DNA from: a virus | Lineage: Duplodnaviria; Caudoviricetes | Length of the DNA stretch: 64,000 nt | Direction: 5' to 3' (one strand) | IMG/VR virus record: IMGVR_UViG_3300029818_000001 | Span: 1-64,000 of that record | In this document: piece by piece, positions 7,607-16,847 of the stretch | Position numbering within the stretch: the first letter of the stretch is position 1 | How the letters are laid out: each line of letters opens with the position of its first letter | The notes under the pieces: model-generated | What the model saw: only the letters and a program-made list of their open reading frames with translations | Database searches by the model: none | What the model was told of the DNA's origin: nothing | Position numbers and translations under genes: made by a program

Positions 7607-8297
7607 GCAGGAGCGTAAGGCGCTCTTACATGGCGACGAGTCGATTCGCGAAGAGTTAATACCGATCGACGTGCCGGCTCCTTACGAACTCAATTCTAAG
7701 GTTCACTCCGAAGCGCAAATTAAACAACTGATGGCGAGCATTTCGACAGAGGGGCTAAATTACCCCATTCTTCTCGATAGAAATATGGTCATCATCGGCG
7801 GTCATGGTCGACTAGAAGCCTGCAAGCGTCTTGGTATGAAGTTCATTCGGGCGAAGATTCGAACCGATTTGGACGATCAGGCTGCGAAACGTCTGCGTAT
7901 CGCCGACAACCAAACCACTTCGACAGAATACGATACTGAAATGTTGAAGTTGGAGCTGGAACAGATTGATCTGGACGGTGTTTTCGCCGAGTCGCTAGGC
8001 TTCGATGAAAGGTCGCTCAAAAAGATGATCTCGGATTTCACAGAGATTGATTCGAGTGCGTTAAGCCAAGATCTGGATGGCGATATCGACGAACAGATTA
8101 AGCAGAGTGAGCGCGACATCAGAGAAATCGATGAAAGAGATGTGCCGGTGGTGACCGCGCTTGGATTTAAAAGCGTTCCCGTTTCAGCCAGCAAGAAGAT
8201 TAGCCGATTCGTGGCTGGACTTCAGGATGAATACGATCTGCCTGCCGCCGACGCCTTTATTCGCTTTATCGAAGACCTTGAGGCGCAAACGCTGTGA
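7587..8297 (+). CDS. ParB/Srx-like nuclease-domain protein 2 (start could be 7569)
   Basis: PYELNSKVH, YPILLD, IIGGHGRLEACKRLG, RIADN. Confidence 0.85.
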   Translation: MTQKITEQERKALLHGDESIREELIPIDVPAPYELNSKVHSEAQIKQLMASISTEGLNYPILLDRNMVIIGGHGRLEACKRLGMKFIRAKIRTDLDDQAAKRLRIADNQTTSTEYDTEMLKLELEQIDLDGVFAESLGFDERSLKKMISDFTEIDSSALSQDLDGDIDEQIKQSERDIREIDERDVPVVTALGFKSVPVSASKKISRFVAGLQDEYDLPAADAFIRFIEDLEAQTL

Positions 8298-8950
8298 GAT
8301 ATGTCATTTCCAAATCCTTTCAATCCAAGGTCGAACGCACTCCGCGAGTGTTAGAGGTGGCCGAATCCTTCGGATTGGGTCTGCAAGATAAGGTCTTCAC
8401 AGTCTACGACAATCTTGAATTGGACATCGAACAGGGCGATGTCGTGTATATCACCGGTCAGTCCGGCTCTGGTAAATCGCTGCTGTTGCGCGAGTTGGCG
8501 GAGAGAATGTCGCTTTGTTCGAAAGGCGAGCCGAGTTCTGTCGCCGACGTGGATCGCGTCATAGTCTGCGACAAGCCTTTGATCGATCAGGTGGGCGAGA
8601 CGATGACGGATGCCATTCGCATTCTATCGATGGCCGGCATTAATGACGCCTATTTGTTGATTCGCAAGCCTGGCGAATTATCGGATGGGCAAAGATATCG
8701 TCTGGGGCTAGCAAAACTAATCGAGTCGGGCGCAAAGGTGTGGGTTGCCGATGAGTTTGGCGCCAAGCTGGATCGAGTGACTGCGAAGGTGGTGGCCCTC
8801 AATATGCAAAAAATCGCCCGCAAGATGGGCGTTACGCTGATTGTCGCCACCACACATACGGACCTGGAGAAAGAATTGGGACCCGACTTGAAGATTGAGA
8901 AGCGCTACATGGACCGTGTAGAAATTACCACCGACAGAGAAGTTATCTAA
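8294..8950 (+). CDS. Stand-alone ABC-family ATPase
   Basis: GQSGSGKS, LSDGQRYR signature, ADEFGAKLD Walker B, ATTH; no TM segments. Confidence 0.9.
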   Translation: MRYVISKSFQSKVERTPRVLEVAESFGLGLQDKVFTVYDNLELDIEQGDVVYITGQSGSGKSLLLRELAERMSLCSKGEPSSVADVDRVIVCDKPLIDQVGETMTDAIRILSMAGINDAYLLIRKPGELSDGQRYRLGLAKLIESGAKVWVADEFGAKLDRVTAKVVALNMQKIARKMGVTLIVATTHTDLEKELGPDLKIEKRYMDRVEITTDREVI

Positions 8951-9192
8951 TGAAAAAGAGAGTTCTTGCACTGCTTGCCATCTTCGTCACAACCGGCTGC
9001 GTGGCTGATTTGATAGCCAGTCCGATTATTTATCGCGCAGACGAGCTTTGCAATGGTCAAGCACTGACTAAGAACGAATACCGCGATTGCATGAATCAGG
9101 GCTACCAGCGTTTTAAAAGTTTCGAGCCTGCCGAGCGACCACAAAACGATTGGGTCGATTGGTTGGATCTCTTTTGGCGTATGCAAGGCTAG
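8950..9192 (+). CDS. Putative lipoprotein
   Basis: MKKRVLALLAIFVTTG-C signal peptide II-like. Confidence 0.6.
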   Translation: MKKRVLALLAIFVTTGCVADLIASPIIYRADELCNGQALTKNEYRDCMNQGYQRFKSFEPAERPQNDWVDWLDLFWRMQG

Positions 9193-9201
9193 TTGGTCAT
9201 C

Positions 9202-9351
9202 ATGATGTCGGAACTGCTGCTATTGGCGAAAGCGATCGGATGGGTGCTGGTTATCGGCTTTGCCGCATTTATTGTCGCATGGCCGATTTTGGACTTGTTT
9301 ATTCCTGATCTGCCATTCTCAGATGACGAAGACGAGTGGCCGAATGAATAA
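9202..9351 (+). CDS. Small single-pass membrane protein (49 aa), not in ORF track
   Basis: MMSELLLLAKAIGWVLVIGFAAFIVAWPIL...; stop overlaps next ATG. Confidence 0.5.
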   Translation: MMSELLLLAKAIGWVLVIGFAAFIVAWPILDLFIPDLPFSDDEDEWPNE

Positions 9352-10273
9352 TCGCATTTTAACGGGCGAAAACGCATCAACCCCGGCAAGTTATCATGAT
9401 GCTAAAAATAACGCCGTGACGACCCGTTTTTGTGACAATTTCGGCATCTTTGAGCCGCTAAGTGAAATGATTGTTGAGCGCGGCGATCGCGACGACTGGG
9501 AATTGCTGCATAAGCTGCATTACAAGGCGGATAGTTTGCCTGTTGGGTCGAAAATCTACCGATGCAGATTAGGCGAGCAAACGGTCGCAGTTTGCACATT
9601 AGGTCTGCCGCGACTGACCTTAAAGTCGCGTCGTCATCTGTTTCCCAATCTGAAGACGGGTGGCGACAGTAAGCTAGTCAATACGCATCGAGCCAAATGG
9701 TTGAATGCCAATATGACCGTCAACGGCCGCGTGGTGGTGGGCACCATGTTTCGAGGCGCCGGCATCGCCTACCGTCTGCAAAATCTCGCCTTCCGAATGC
9801 ACGGCAAGCGCTATGTCGAATTTCAGTCCTCGATGTCAAAATACAACAAGTTTGCAGAGAGAGCCGGCATTAAGATGACCAAGCCTTTGCGCGGCAATGT
9901 TTACGAGGATGGTTTGCTGTTTTTCCGCCGACACTTCGACGAATACCCTGCCGACCACGAAGCTATCGTCAGTGAGTTGGCGAAAATGCCGACCTCACTA
10001 CGCAAGCGGGTGGATGAGGCGGTGCGCTTGTTCTATCGCATCAACTCTTCCATCGAAAATGCCGGCGTGGGCGGCAACATCAAGGCTGAAAAGAAGATTG
10101 CCGCCATGCCGATCGAGGATGTTATTAAAAACCTTCAGCAGCTTGTGTTTGCCAGCCCTCTTTATGGCGTCTATGAAAATCCCGATGTCGGTAGAGAGCT
10201 GCCTAATCGCATTCCGCTATTGGCCTTCGATAATCAGAAAACGCACGAACCTTTGAATTTGGAGCTGCTGTAA
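9344..10273 (+). CDS. GNAT-like acetyltransferase-fold protein
   Basis: RVVVGTMFRGAGIA resembles the acetyl-CoA-binding motif A; start reassigned to MNNRIL. Confidence 0.6.
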   Translation: MNNRILTGENASTPASYHDAKNNAVTTRFCDNFGIFEPLSEMIVERGDRDDWELLHKLHYKADSLPVGSKIYRCRLGEQTVAVCTLGLPRLTLKSRRHLFPNLKTGGDSKLVNTHRAKWLNANMTVNGRVVVGTMFRGAGIAYRLQNLAFRMHGKRYVEFQSSMSKYNKFAERAGIKMTKPLRGNVYEDGLLFFRRHFDEYPADHEAIVSELAKMPTSLRKRVDEAVRLFYRINSSIENAGVGGNIKAEKKIAAMPIEDVIKNLQQLVFASPLYGVYENPDVGRELPNRIPLLAFDNQKTHEPLNLELL

Positions 10274-10599
10274 TGGCAACGCCTGAGAAATACATCGCAC
10301 CCTGCTCGACCTTGATTTCGGAAAAGCAATTGGAGATTCTATCGATTGTGGCTCGCGGCAATCCCGACGGGAGCTATGTCGACACCTTTCAAGTTCTGGA
10401 GCGAGCCAGTTACACCGACTCGTTGGAGGCTATCCGCTTCATTTTACGCTACATGATTGCGCAGGGCCGCATCGAGAGAGCCGACTATGCTGAGCGATCG
10501 AGAGAGTGGGGCCGTGGCGGAAGAGGGGTGCATTCGCGCAAAACTCCGGTCTTTAAGATAACCGATAATGGATTGTTCTTACTTAAGTCCGGCGATTAG
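10273..10599 (+). CDS. Hypothetical protein, winged-helix-like
   Basis: 108 aa; helices followed by VFKITDNG wing-like segment. Confidence 0.6.
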   Translation: MATPEKYIAPCSTLISEKQLEILSIVARGNPDGSYVDTFQVLERASYTDSLEAIRFILRYMIAQGRIERADYAERSREWGRGGRGVHSRKTPVFKITDNGLFLLKSGD

Positions 10600-10609
10600 G
10601 AGAAATTCG

Positions 10610-10720
10610 AATTCCGCCACTCAAAATGCCGCTCTCTTATATTTATAGTTATTAGTTATTTATTATCTTTAAATAGTATTTATATATAGAGAAGCCGAAT
10701 TTGAGTGGCGGAATTGAAAA
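10610..10720. repeat. 16-bp perfect inverted repeat AATTCCGCCACTCAAA flanking an AT-rich core (copy 1)
   Basis: Arms 10610-10625 and 10700-10715. Confidence 0.9.
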
Positions 10721-10769
10721 ACGCCACTTTATAAACAATGGAAATGAAAAATATTCGCGGATTCAAAAA

Positions 10770-10787
10770 TAAGTCACTGATGACTTG
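10770..10787. promoter_or_regulatory. Operator-like palindrome copy TAAGTCA-CTGA-TGACTTG
   Basis: Upstream of terminase operon. Confidence 0.75.
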
Positions 10788-10912
10788 CAGCAAACAAGTT
10801 GCGGTGTTATATTATCGCCTGTCTGGTTTTATATTTAATCCTCTTAAGGGCGCTACTTTTCCCTTCGTATCGTCAGCCTTGACAATCAAGCGCCCGTCTT
10901 TTGAGAGGTTGT

Positions 10913-11683
10913 ATGTCTGATCAGCCCAACTCAACCACCAAAAACGCCTTCAAGGGCTTTAAAGGCTCTGCTGATCGCTCCGAGCAAAAGAAAGTCGAGG
11001 CTCGCGAAAAAGCGCATCAGCGCATCAAAAGGCGTGGCAATCCCGACGGTTTTAAAGCCGTCACGGAAGAGCAGATTAAGGCTCGCGCCGAATCTAAGAA
11101 AAAACCGAATCTTAAGCCGTCTCAGATCGCCGAAATGGAAGCGATGTGGGAATCCGGCGAGGTCACGCTAAAAGAGCTGGCAGAGCGCTTTAATCGCAGT
11201 CAGGATAATATCTCCAGACACATGACGCTGAACGGCGTCGTCAAGGGTGCCAAAGCCGAAGAATACTCTCGAATGATTAAGGAGAAAATCGCTCAGGAGT
11301 TGATGGGTGATGTCGGCGAACACGCTAAAAGAATTCGGCAAGCCAAAGATTACGCGTTAGGCCAAATTGATCTCATCAAGAAGTTGGCGGCTAACGAAAT
11401 CATCGGTGCCAAAAAGAAAAACCTCAATCTGAGCTCAACTCTGCCAGCTTTGCGAGCGCTTGACCAATATATGAAGGTGGTGTCGGGCTGTCGAAATGAA
11501 GAATACATTTTATTGGGCATCAAGGAGTTCGAAGAGAAGGTTGAGCAAGAAGATATCCCAGAGTTGATTGTCACGGAGTTGACAGGTGAAGAGATCGAGC
11601 GCATGAGACAGGAGCAGCGCGAGTTCGATCAGATGGTTGACGAAGCGGATACGGATGTCAACGAGATAGTGGATGAGTCATAA
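10913..11683 (+). CDS. Putative terminase small subunit (HTH)
   Basis: Position before terL; WESGEVTLKELAERF HTH-like segment; GAGAGG SD. Confidence 0.65.
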   Translation: MSDQPNSTTKNAFKGFKGSADRSEQKKVEAREKAHQRIKRRGNPDGFKAVTEEQIKARAESKKKPNLKPSQIAEMEAMWESGEVTLKELAERFNRSQDNISRHMTLNGVVKGAKAEEYSRMIKEKIAQELMGDVGEHAKRIRQAKDYALGQIDLIKKLAANEIIGAKKKNLNLSSTLPALRALDQYMKVVSGCRNEEYILLGIKEFEEKVEQEDIPELIVTELTGEEIERMRQEQREFDQMVDEADTDVNEIVDES

Positions 11684-14189
11684 CAGGATAAGACTGCACC
11701 CCGGTCAGATGACCGTTTGGCAATCCCCCGCGCGGTTTCGCGTGGTGGTGGCAGGGCGCAGATGGGGCAAATGCTGCAAGGCCGGAACGCTCATAGCTAT
11801 GAGCGATGGCAGCTATAAGCGCATTGAAGACGTGGCCTCTGGCGATCAGGTGTTAACCATAAGCGAGAAGACGTATAGTCTTGAGTCGAAGGCCGTCAAG
11901 CATGTTCACGACAATGGCGTTAAGGATATCGTTCGCATCGTAACGAGGTCTGGCAAGAGACTCGAAGTAACGCCGAACCACCCCATTCTAGTCAACAATG
12001 TATGGACAGAGGCTAAGGACGTCAAGCTCGGTGATCTAGCGGCAATACCTAGAGCCACAGTGTTTGGCGTTGATGAAGTGCGCTCTTGCGAGATTGACTT
12101 CTTGGCTATTTGGCTTGCGGAAGGCGACAGTAGCGGATATACGAATCAAACGCCGGAAATCATTGATGTAATGACGAAGGCGTGTGGCGAGATGGGTGTT
12201 GAATTTGTAGATTCGGCAACTGGCGATCGAAAAGCCGGTCTGTATTGGCGCTGGAGAGGCGTTAAGCCTAGAAGTAACGCATGTATAGACTTGTTGAAAA
12301 AACATGGTCTACGTCATAAAAATTCCAAGACAAAGTTCATTCCAGATTGCATATTTAGACTGCCAAAGAGTCAACTTGCGCGTTTTCTAAATTTGTTCAT
12401 TGCTTGCGATGGGTCTATAAATCGCCGGAGTAAAAATACATGGGCCGTTGAGATCGCTTTGGCAAATGAGAAAATGACTGAGCAGATTGCTGACTTATTT
12501 TTGAAGTTTGGCATTAGAGGTCAAATTTCAAAGAAGGTTCATAAGGCGAAAAGTTCGGTCAGTGGCGACAACTTCATCTCTTGGCGATTTATTGTGTCAG
12601 ATAGTAAGTCACTAATTACTTTTTGCGATCAAATAGGCGCATTGAGTAAAGAAAGTAAAGTCGCTAGAGCGAAATTGGCCGCGTCTGCATCAAGAGGTAG
12701 CTGTAATTCTTATTTGCCTATATCTCACGATGATTTTATCGAGCATCTAAGCTATAAGCCCGTGTTTAAAGGTAAGTATGGCGGCTACAACTGCGTTGTT
12801 TCGCGCGATTTACCAGAGGCTTTGAGAGAGAGATTGAATGGCTGGCGCAAGCAGACACCAAGTAGAGTTTCCGAGTATCGCTATTCATTCATCAGAGAGT
12901 TTGGCGATGGCTATTTTGATCCAATTGCAGATGGGGATTTTGCGTGGGATGAGATATCAGAGATCGAGTGTGTCGATAAGGATCAAACCTATGATTTGAC
13001 GGTTGATGGCAATCATAACTTTATCGCAAATGGTCTGGTTACGCATAATACCGCACTGTCGAAAGCCTTAATCATCCGCTACGCCAAAATGCCGCGCCGC
13101 AAGGTCTGGTATGTTGCTCCAACCTACCGCATGGCGAAGCAGATCATGTGGCAAGATTTGCAGGACACGATACCTCCGAGATGGGTTCGTAAAATGAATG
13201 ATACCTCGATGACCATTTGGCTCATCAATGGATCAGTCATTGAGCTTAAAGGCGCAGATAATCCCGATACTTTGCGCGGCGTAGGTTTGGATTTCGTGGT
13301 GTTGGACGAATATCAGGATATGTCCGAAGACACCTGGCATCGCGTCTTGCGTCCAACGATGGCAGATACGCGCGGTCATGCGCTTTTCATAGGTTCGCCA
13401 AAAAGTTATAACTTACTGCATGATGCTTATATTCTAGGTCAAGACCCGATTCGTGTCGCAAAGCGACAATGGCAGTCGTGGCAGTTTCCCACCATTACCA
13501 GTCCATTTATTCCCGTCGAAGAGATTGAGCAAGCTCGGCGCGATATGGATTCGAAATCGTTTGCTCAAGAGTTTTTGGCTTCGTTCGAAACAATGGCTGG
13601 TCGAGTTTATTACGCCTTCGATCGTCACACCCACGTCAAAAAGTGCGAATTCAACCCCAATTTGCCAATTTGGATAGGTCAGGATTTTAATATCGACCCA
13701 ATGTCTTCGATCATTATGCAGCCGCAGTTGGATGGTAGCATTTGGGTGGTGGATGAGATTGTCTTATTTGGCTCAAATACCGAAGAGAGCGTCGACGAGA
13801 TCGAGCGAAGGTATTATCGCTATCGTAACAATGTCACCATATACCCGGACCCTGCCGGAACTCAGAGACAACACGCCAGAGGCGAAACCGATCTGGATAT
13901 CTTCAGAGAGCGTGGCTTTCGACGCATTAAGCATCGCGCGCAACACCCTCGGGTGGCTGATCGCGTCAACTGCTTTAATAAGATGCTGAGATCGACAGAC
14001 GGCACGATAAGACTGTATGTGGACCCAAGTTGCAAAGGCTTAATTGAGTCGCTGGAGCAGACGATTTATAAAAAAGGCTCCAGGGATATTGACAAATCCA
14101 TTAGCGTCGATCATGCAACAGACGCCGCTGGCTACTGCCTAGAAGTGGAGTTTTCGCGCAAAGTCAAGATTTTGGGCGTCAGTATTTAA
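11673..14189 (+). CDS. terL: Terminase large subunit containing an intein
   Basis: AGRRWGK|T Walker A, LRGVGLDFVVLDEY Walker B, GQDFNIDPM nuclease, DHATDA. Confidence 0.95.
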   Translation: MSHNRIRLHPGQMTVWQSPARFRVVVAGRRWGKCCKAGTLIAMSDGSYKRIEDVASGDQVLTISEKTYSLESKAVKHVHDNGVKDIVRIVTRSGKRLEVTPNHPILVNNVWTEAKDVKLGDLAAIPRATVFGVDEVRSCEIDFLAIWLAEGDSSGYTNQTPEIIDVMTKACGEMGVEFVDSATGDRKAGLYWRWRGVKPRSNACIDLLKKHGLRHKNSKTKFIPDCIFRLPKSQLARFLNLFIACDGSINRRSKNTWAVEIALANEKMTEQIADLFLKFGIRGQISKKVHKAKSSVSGDNFISWRFIVSDSKSLITFCDQIGALSKESKVARAKLAASASRGSCNSYLPISHDDFIEHLSYKPVFKGKYGGYNCVVSRDLPEALRERLNGWRKQTPSRVSEYRYSFIREFGDGYFDPIADGDFAWDEISEIECVDKDQTYDLTVDGNHNFIANGLVTHNTALSKALIIRYAKMPRRKVWYVAPTYRMAKQIMWQDLQDTIPPRWVRKMNDTSMTIWLINGSVIELKGADNPDTLRGVGLDFVVLDEYQDMSEDTWHRVLRPTMADTRGHALFIGSPKSYNLLHDAYILGQDPIRVAKRQWQSWQFPTITSPFIPVEEIEQARRDMDSKSFAQEFLASFETMAGRVYYAFDRHTHVKKCEFNPNLPIWIGQDFNIDPMSSIIMQPQLDGSIWVVDEIVLFGSNTEESVDEIERRYYRYRNNVTIYPDPAGTQRQHARGETDLDIFRERGFRRIKHRAQHPRVADRVNCFNKMLRSTDGTIRLYVDPSCKGLIESLEQTIYKKGSRDIDKSISVDHATDAAGYCLEVEFSRKVKILGVSI
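11772..13049 (+). mobile_element. Intein (426 aa) with LAGLIDADG homing endonuclease
   Basis: Starts CCKAGT, TPNH block B, WLAEGD and FIACDGS motifs, ends VTHN followed by Thr +1. Confidence 0.93.
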
Positions 14190-14194
14190 AAAAA

Positions 14195-14212
14195 TAAGTC
14201 ACCAGTGAATAA
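14195..14212. promoter_or_regulatory. Operator-like copy TAAGTCA-CCAG-TGAATAA (weaker second copy 14227-14244)
   Basis: Between terL and portal. Confidence 0.65.
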
Positions 14213-14269
14213 ATTACTTGCGCCAGTAAGTAAGTAATGACATACTATTGATAAATTTTTCAATGGCTT

Positions 14270-15808
14270 GTGATGGATCAAGAAAAACTTAGAAAATTGA
14301 TCGAAAAGAGACATCCTGAGTATGTCGATCTTTTGCCGCACTGGCGCTTCTTAGAGTCCTGCTACAAGGGCGGCAGAGCGTGGTTTAAAGATAACATTTT
14401 TCGATACATCAAGGAAGGCGAAACCGAATACGGCGATCGCATAGATAGAGCTTATCGATTTAATCACTCGCGTGAAGTGGTGGATTTGGTCGACAAGTAT
14501 CTATTTAAGGCGCCCATTATTCGCAACACCGGCGACGCTTCGGATGAGGTTATTCTGTTTTGGGATAAAGCAACCAAATCGGGCTTAACTATCGATCAAT
14601 TCATGAAGCAGTTGTCCAGAAAGACCTCCATCTTCGGCTCGGCTTGGGTTATTGTCGACAACACCTTCGTCGTCAAAGAAGAAGGGGTGATTAGCGTTGC
14701 AGACATTAAGGACTCAGGCGGTCAAATCTTTTCTTACTTGGTTACTCCTGATCGCGCATTAGATTTCGCCTACGATGAAGATGGCGAGCTGTTGTGGCTT
14801 TTGGTTTATGAGGAAGTCAGAGACTCGCAAGACCCGTTCGAATCCAGCGGCGAGATGATAGATCGCTATCGTCTGTGGACTAAGATGGGTTGGTATCTGT
14901 TTTCCACAAGTAAAAGCCAAACCATTGGCGGCGACATCGTTGTGAATATCGAAGATTCGGGCGAGCATGGCTTAGGCATCGTCCCAGGCTTTCGCGTAGA
15001 TAACTACATCACTGATGAGTTGTGGGCTGCGCCATCGCTAATCGGCGACATTGCCTATCTCGACAGAGCTGTTGCCAACTACCTCTCCAATCTTGACGTT
15101 ATTATTCAAGATCAAACCTTCTCTCAACTGATAATGCCAGCGCAAGGCTTAATGCCAGGTGATGACGACTATAAAAAGTTGATCGAGATGGGAACCAAGC
15201 GCATCTTTCTGTATGACGGGGAGCGAGGTGGCGAGCCGAAATATATCGGCCCAGACCCGAAACAAGCCAATGTGATTGTTGGGGTTATCTCCAAAATCAT
15301 TAACGAGATTTATCATACGGTCGGCATGGCCGGCGAGCGCACCAAACAAGACAATGCGGTGGGTATCGATAACAGTTCTGGCGTCGCTAAAGCCTTTGAC
15401 TTCGAGCGCGTGAATTCCTTATTGACCTCCAAGGCCGCCTCTTTAGAGAACGCAGAGCGCAAATTAGTTAAGCTGGTCAATCTATGGGCCGGCAATAAGA
15501 GTTTCGATGACACGCTGGTTCAATACGCCAGATCGTTCGACGTTCGTAGCTTATTTGACGAGTTTGATATTGCCGCCAGACTGTCGCTGATGGAAGCGCC
15601 AGACTCGGTGCGTCGTGAACAAATGGACATTATGATTGATAAGCTTTTCCCGATGTTGGGTAGCGATGTCAAGAATAAGATGCGAGCTGAGCTGAAATCT
15701 TGGCCGCCTAAGATGGAAGATATTTCTGTCGGACCTTCTCTTCTGCGCGGGGCGAAAGCCGCAAACAACGAGAGTGAGAAGGCTGAAGATGTTAAGGGAG
15801 CCGCCTAG
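14270..15808 (+). CDS. Portal protein
   Basis: 512 aa directly after terL; HPEY..W..L..CYKGG N-terminus typical of portals. Confidence 0.85.
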   Translation: MMDQEKLRKLIEKRHPEYVDLLPHWRFLESCYKGGRAWFKDNIFRYIKEGETEYGDRIDRAYRFNHSREVVDLVDKYLFKAPIIRNTGDASDEVILFWDKATKSGLTIDQFMKQLSRKTSIFGSAWVIVDNTFVVKEEGVISVADIKDSGGQIFSYLVTPDRALDFAYDEDGELLWLLVYEEVRDSQDPFESSGEMIDRYRLWTKMGWYLFSTSKSQTIGGDIVVNIEDSGEHGLGIVPGFRVDNYITDELWAAPSLIGDIAYLDRAVANYLSNLDVIIQDQTFSQLIMPAQGLMPGDDDYKKLIEMGTKRIFLYDGERGGEPKYIGPDPKQANVIVGVISKIINEIYHTVGMAGERTKQDNAVGIDNSSGVAKAFDFERVNSLLTSKAASLENAERKLVKLVNLWAGNKSFDDTLVQYARSFDVRSLFDEFDIAARLSLMEAPDSVRREQMDIMIDKLFPMLGSDVKNKMRAELKSWPPKMEDISVGPSLLRGAKAANNESEKAEDVKGAA

Positions 15809-15875
15809 CGGCATTGTAACAATAGAGCCGAGTGACAGGTTCGAGTGTTTGACCGAGTGACAGGTCAGGTGAAAA

Positions 15876-16754
15876 ATGAAAAAACTAAAACTGTTTGAAA
15901 GATTGATGCTTTTGTTGATGGGCGTCCAGTTGATGAGTGTCGTGCCTGAAGGACCAGGCGGTCAGGGGGAAGCTGACAAGCCAAGCGGCGGCGAGCAACA
16001 GGGAGACGACAGCAAGGATGCAAATGGTGACGACAATAAGGATATTGACGTTCCCAATAAAGACAAGGAAAAAGGCGAGTCAAAGCTCTCCGATGGCGAA
16101 GCAAAGCTTTTGCAAGAGCTGATGGAGAAGAAAAATTCGCTGAAATCAACTGCGGCAGAGTTGGCTCAAGTGAAGGAGCAACTGAAGCAGTTTGAAGGCG
16201 TAAATCTGGATGAAGTCAAAGCTTTATTGAAAGAGCGTCAGGAAAGCGAAACGAAGCAACTCGAAGCGAAAGGCGAGTGGGATCGGCTCAAGACTAACTT
16301 GGTTGAGCAGCATACTGCTGAGAAAGCCAAGCTGGAAGAGCAGATCAAAACACTGTCGGAGGCTTTAAATGGCAAGGATGAGTCCATTGTCGAGTTGACC
16401 ATCGGCTCTGCATTCAGAGGCTCTAACTTTATCGCTGAAGAGTTGACGCTGACACCTTCGAAAGCGCAGATCATCTATGGGTCTCACTTTGAATATGAAG
16501 GTGACAAGTTGGTAGGTTATGACAAGCCACGCAACAGTAGCGAGCGCACCATGTTAATCGATGCCAGCGGCGAGCCGCTGAAGTTCGATGCGGCGATTGC
16601 AAAAATTATCGAAATGGATTCTGATAAAGATCGACTGATGAAGGCCAAAGTAAAATCTGGCGCCAATTCAGGAACCGCACCGACTACCGGTCAACCTAGG
16701 CCCACTGAGTCTAAGGGGATTGGTCGTATCGCGGGGGCGCTGAATCAAAACTGA
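15876..16754 (+). CDS. Capsid scaffolding protein
   Basis: Acidic low-complexity N-terminus, long coiled coil, position before capsid gene. Confidence 0.75.
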   Translation: MKKLKLFERLMLLLMGVQLMSVVPEGPGGQGEADKPSGGEQQGDDSKDANGDDNKDIDVPNKDKEKGESKLSDGEAKLLQELMEKKNSLKSTAAELAQVKEQLKQFEGVNLDEVKALLKERQESETKQLEAKGEWDRLKTNLVEQHTAEKAKLEEQIKTLSEALNGKDESIVELTIGSAFRGSNFIAEELTLTPSKAQIIYGSHFEYEGDKLVGYDKPRNSSERTMLIDASGEPLKFDAAIAKIIEMDSDKDRLMKAKVKSGANSGTAPTTGQPRPTESKGIGRIAGALNQN

Positions 16755-16778
16755 CGGCGTGAGTTTGTAAGGGATAAG

Positions 16779-16796
16779 TAAGTCACGGATGACTGT
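16779..16796. promoter_or_regulatory. Operator-like copy TAAGTCA-CGGA-TGACTGT
   Basis: Upstream of major capsid gene. Confidence 0.7.
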
Positions 16797-16847
16797 TTTT
16801 TAGGAATAAAGGAAATTTTTTAAGGATAATCTTAAGGAGATTAGGGA

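Noticed and set aside
6800-8297. Plasmid partition system
   Set aside because: No parA or parS recognised; the ParB domains lack an obvious spreading HTH and sit in the packaging block
8294-8950. Membrane ABC transporter
   Set aside because: No permease or binding-protein genes nearby; the ATPase is soluble
12605-12622. Operator-like matches inside coding DNA (also 54650-54667)
   Set aside because: Imperfect and intragenic, one inside a mobile intein; may be chance, so not counted
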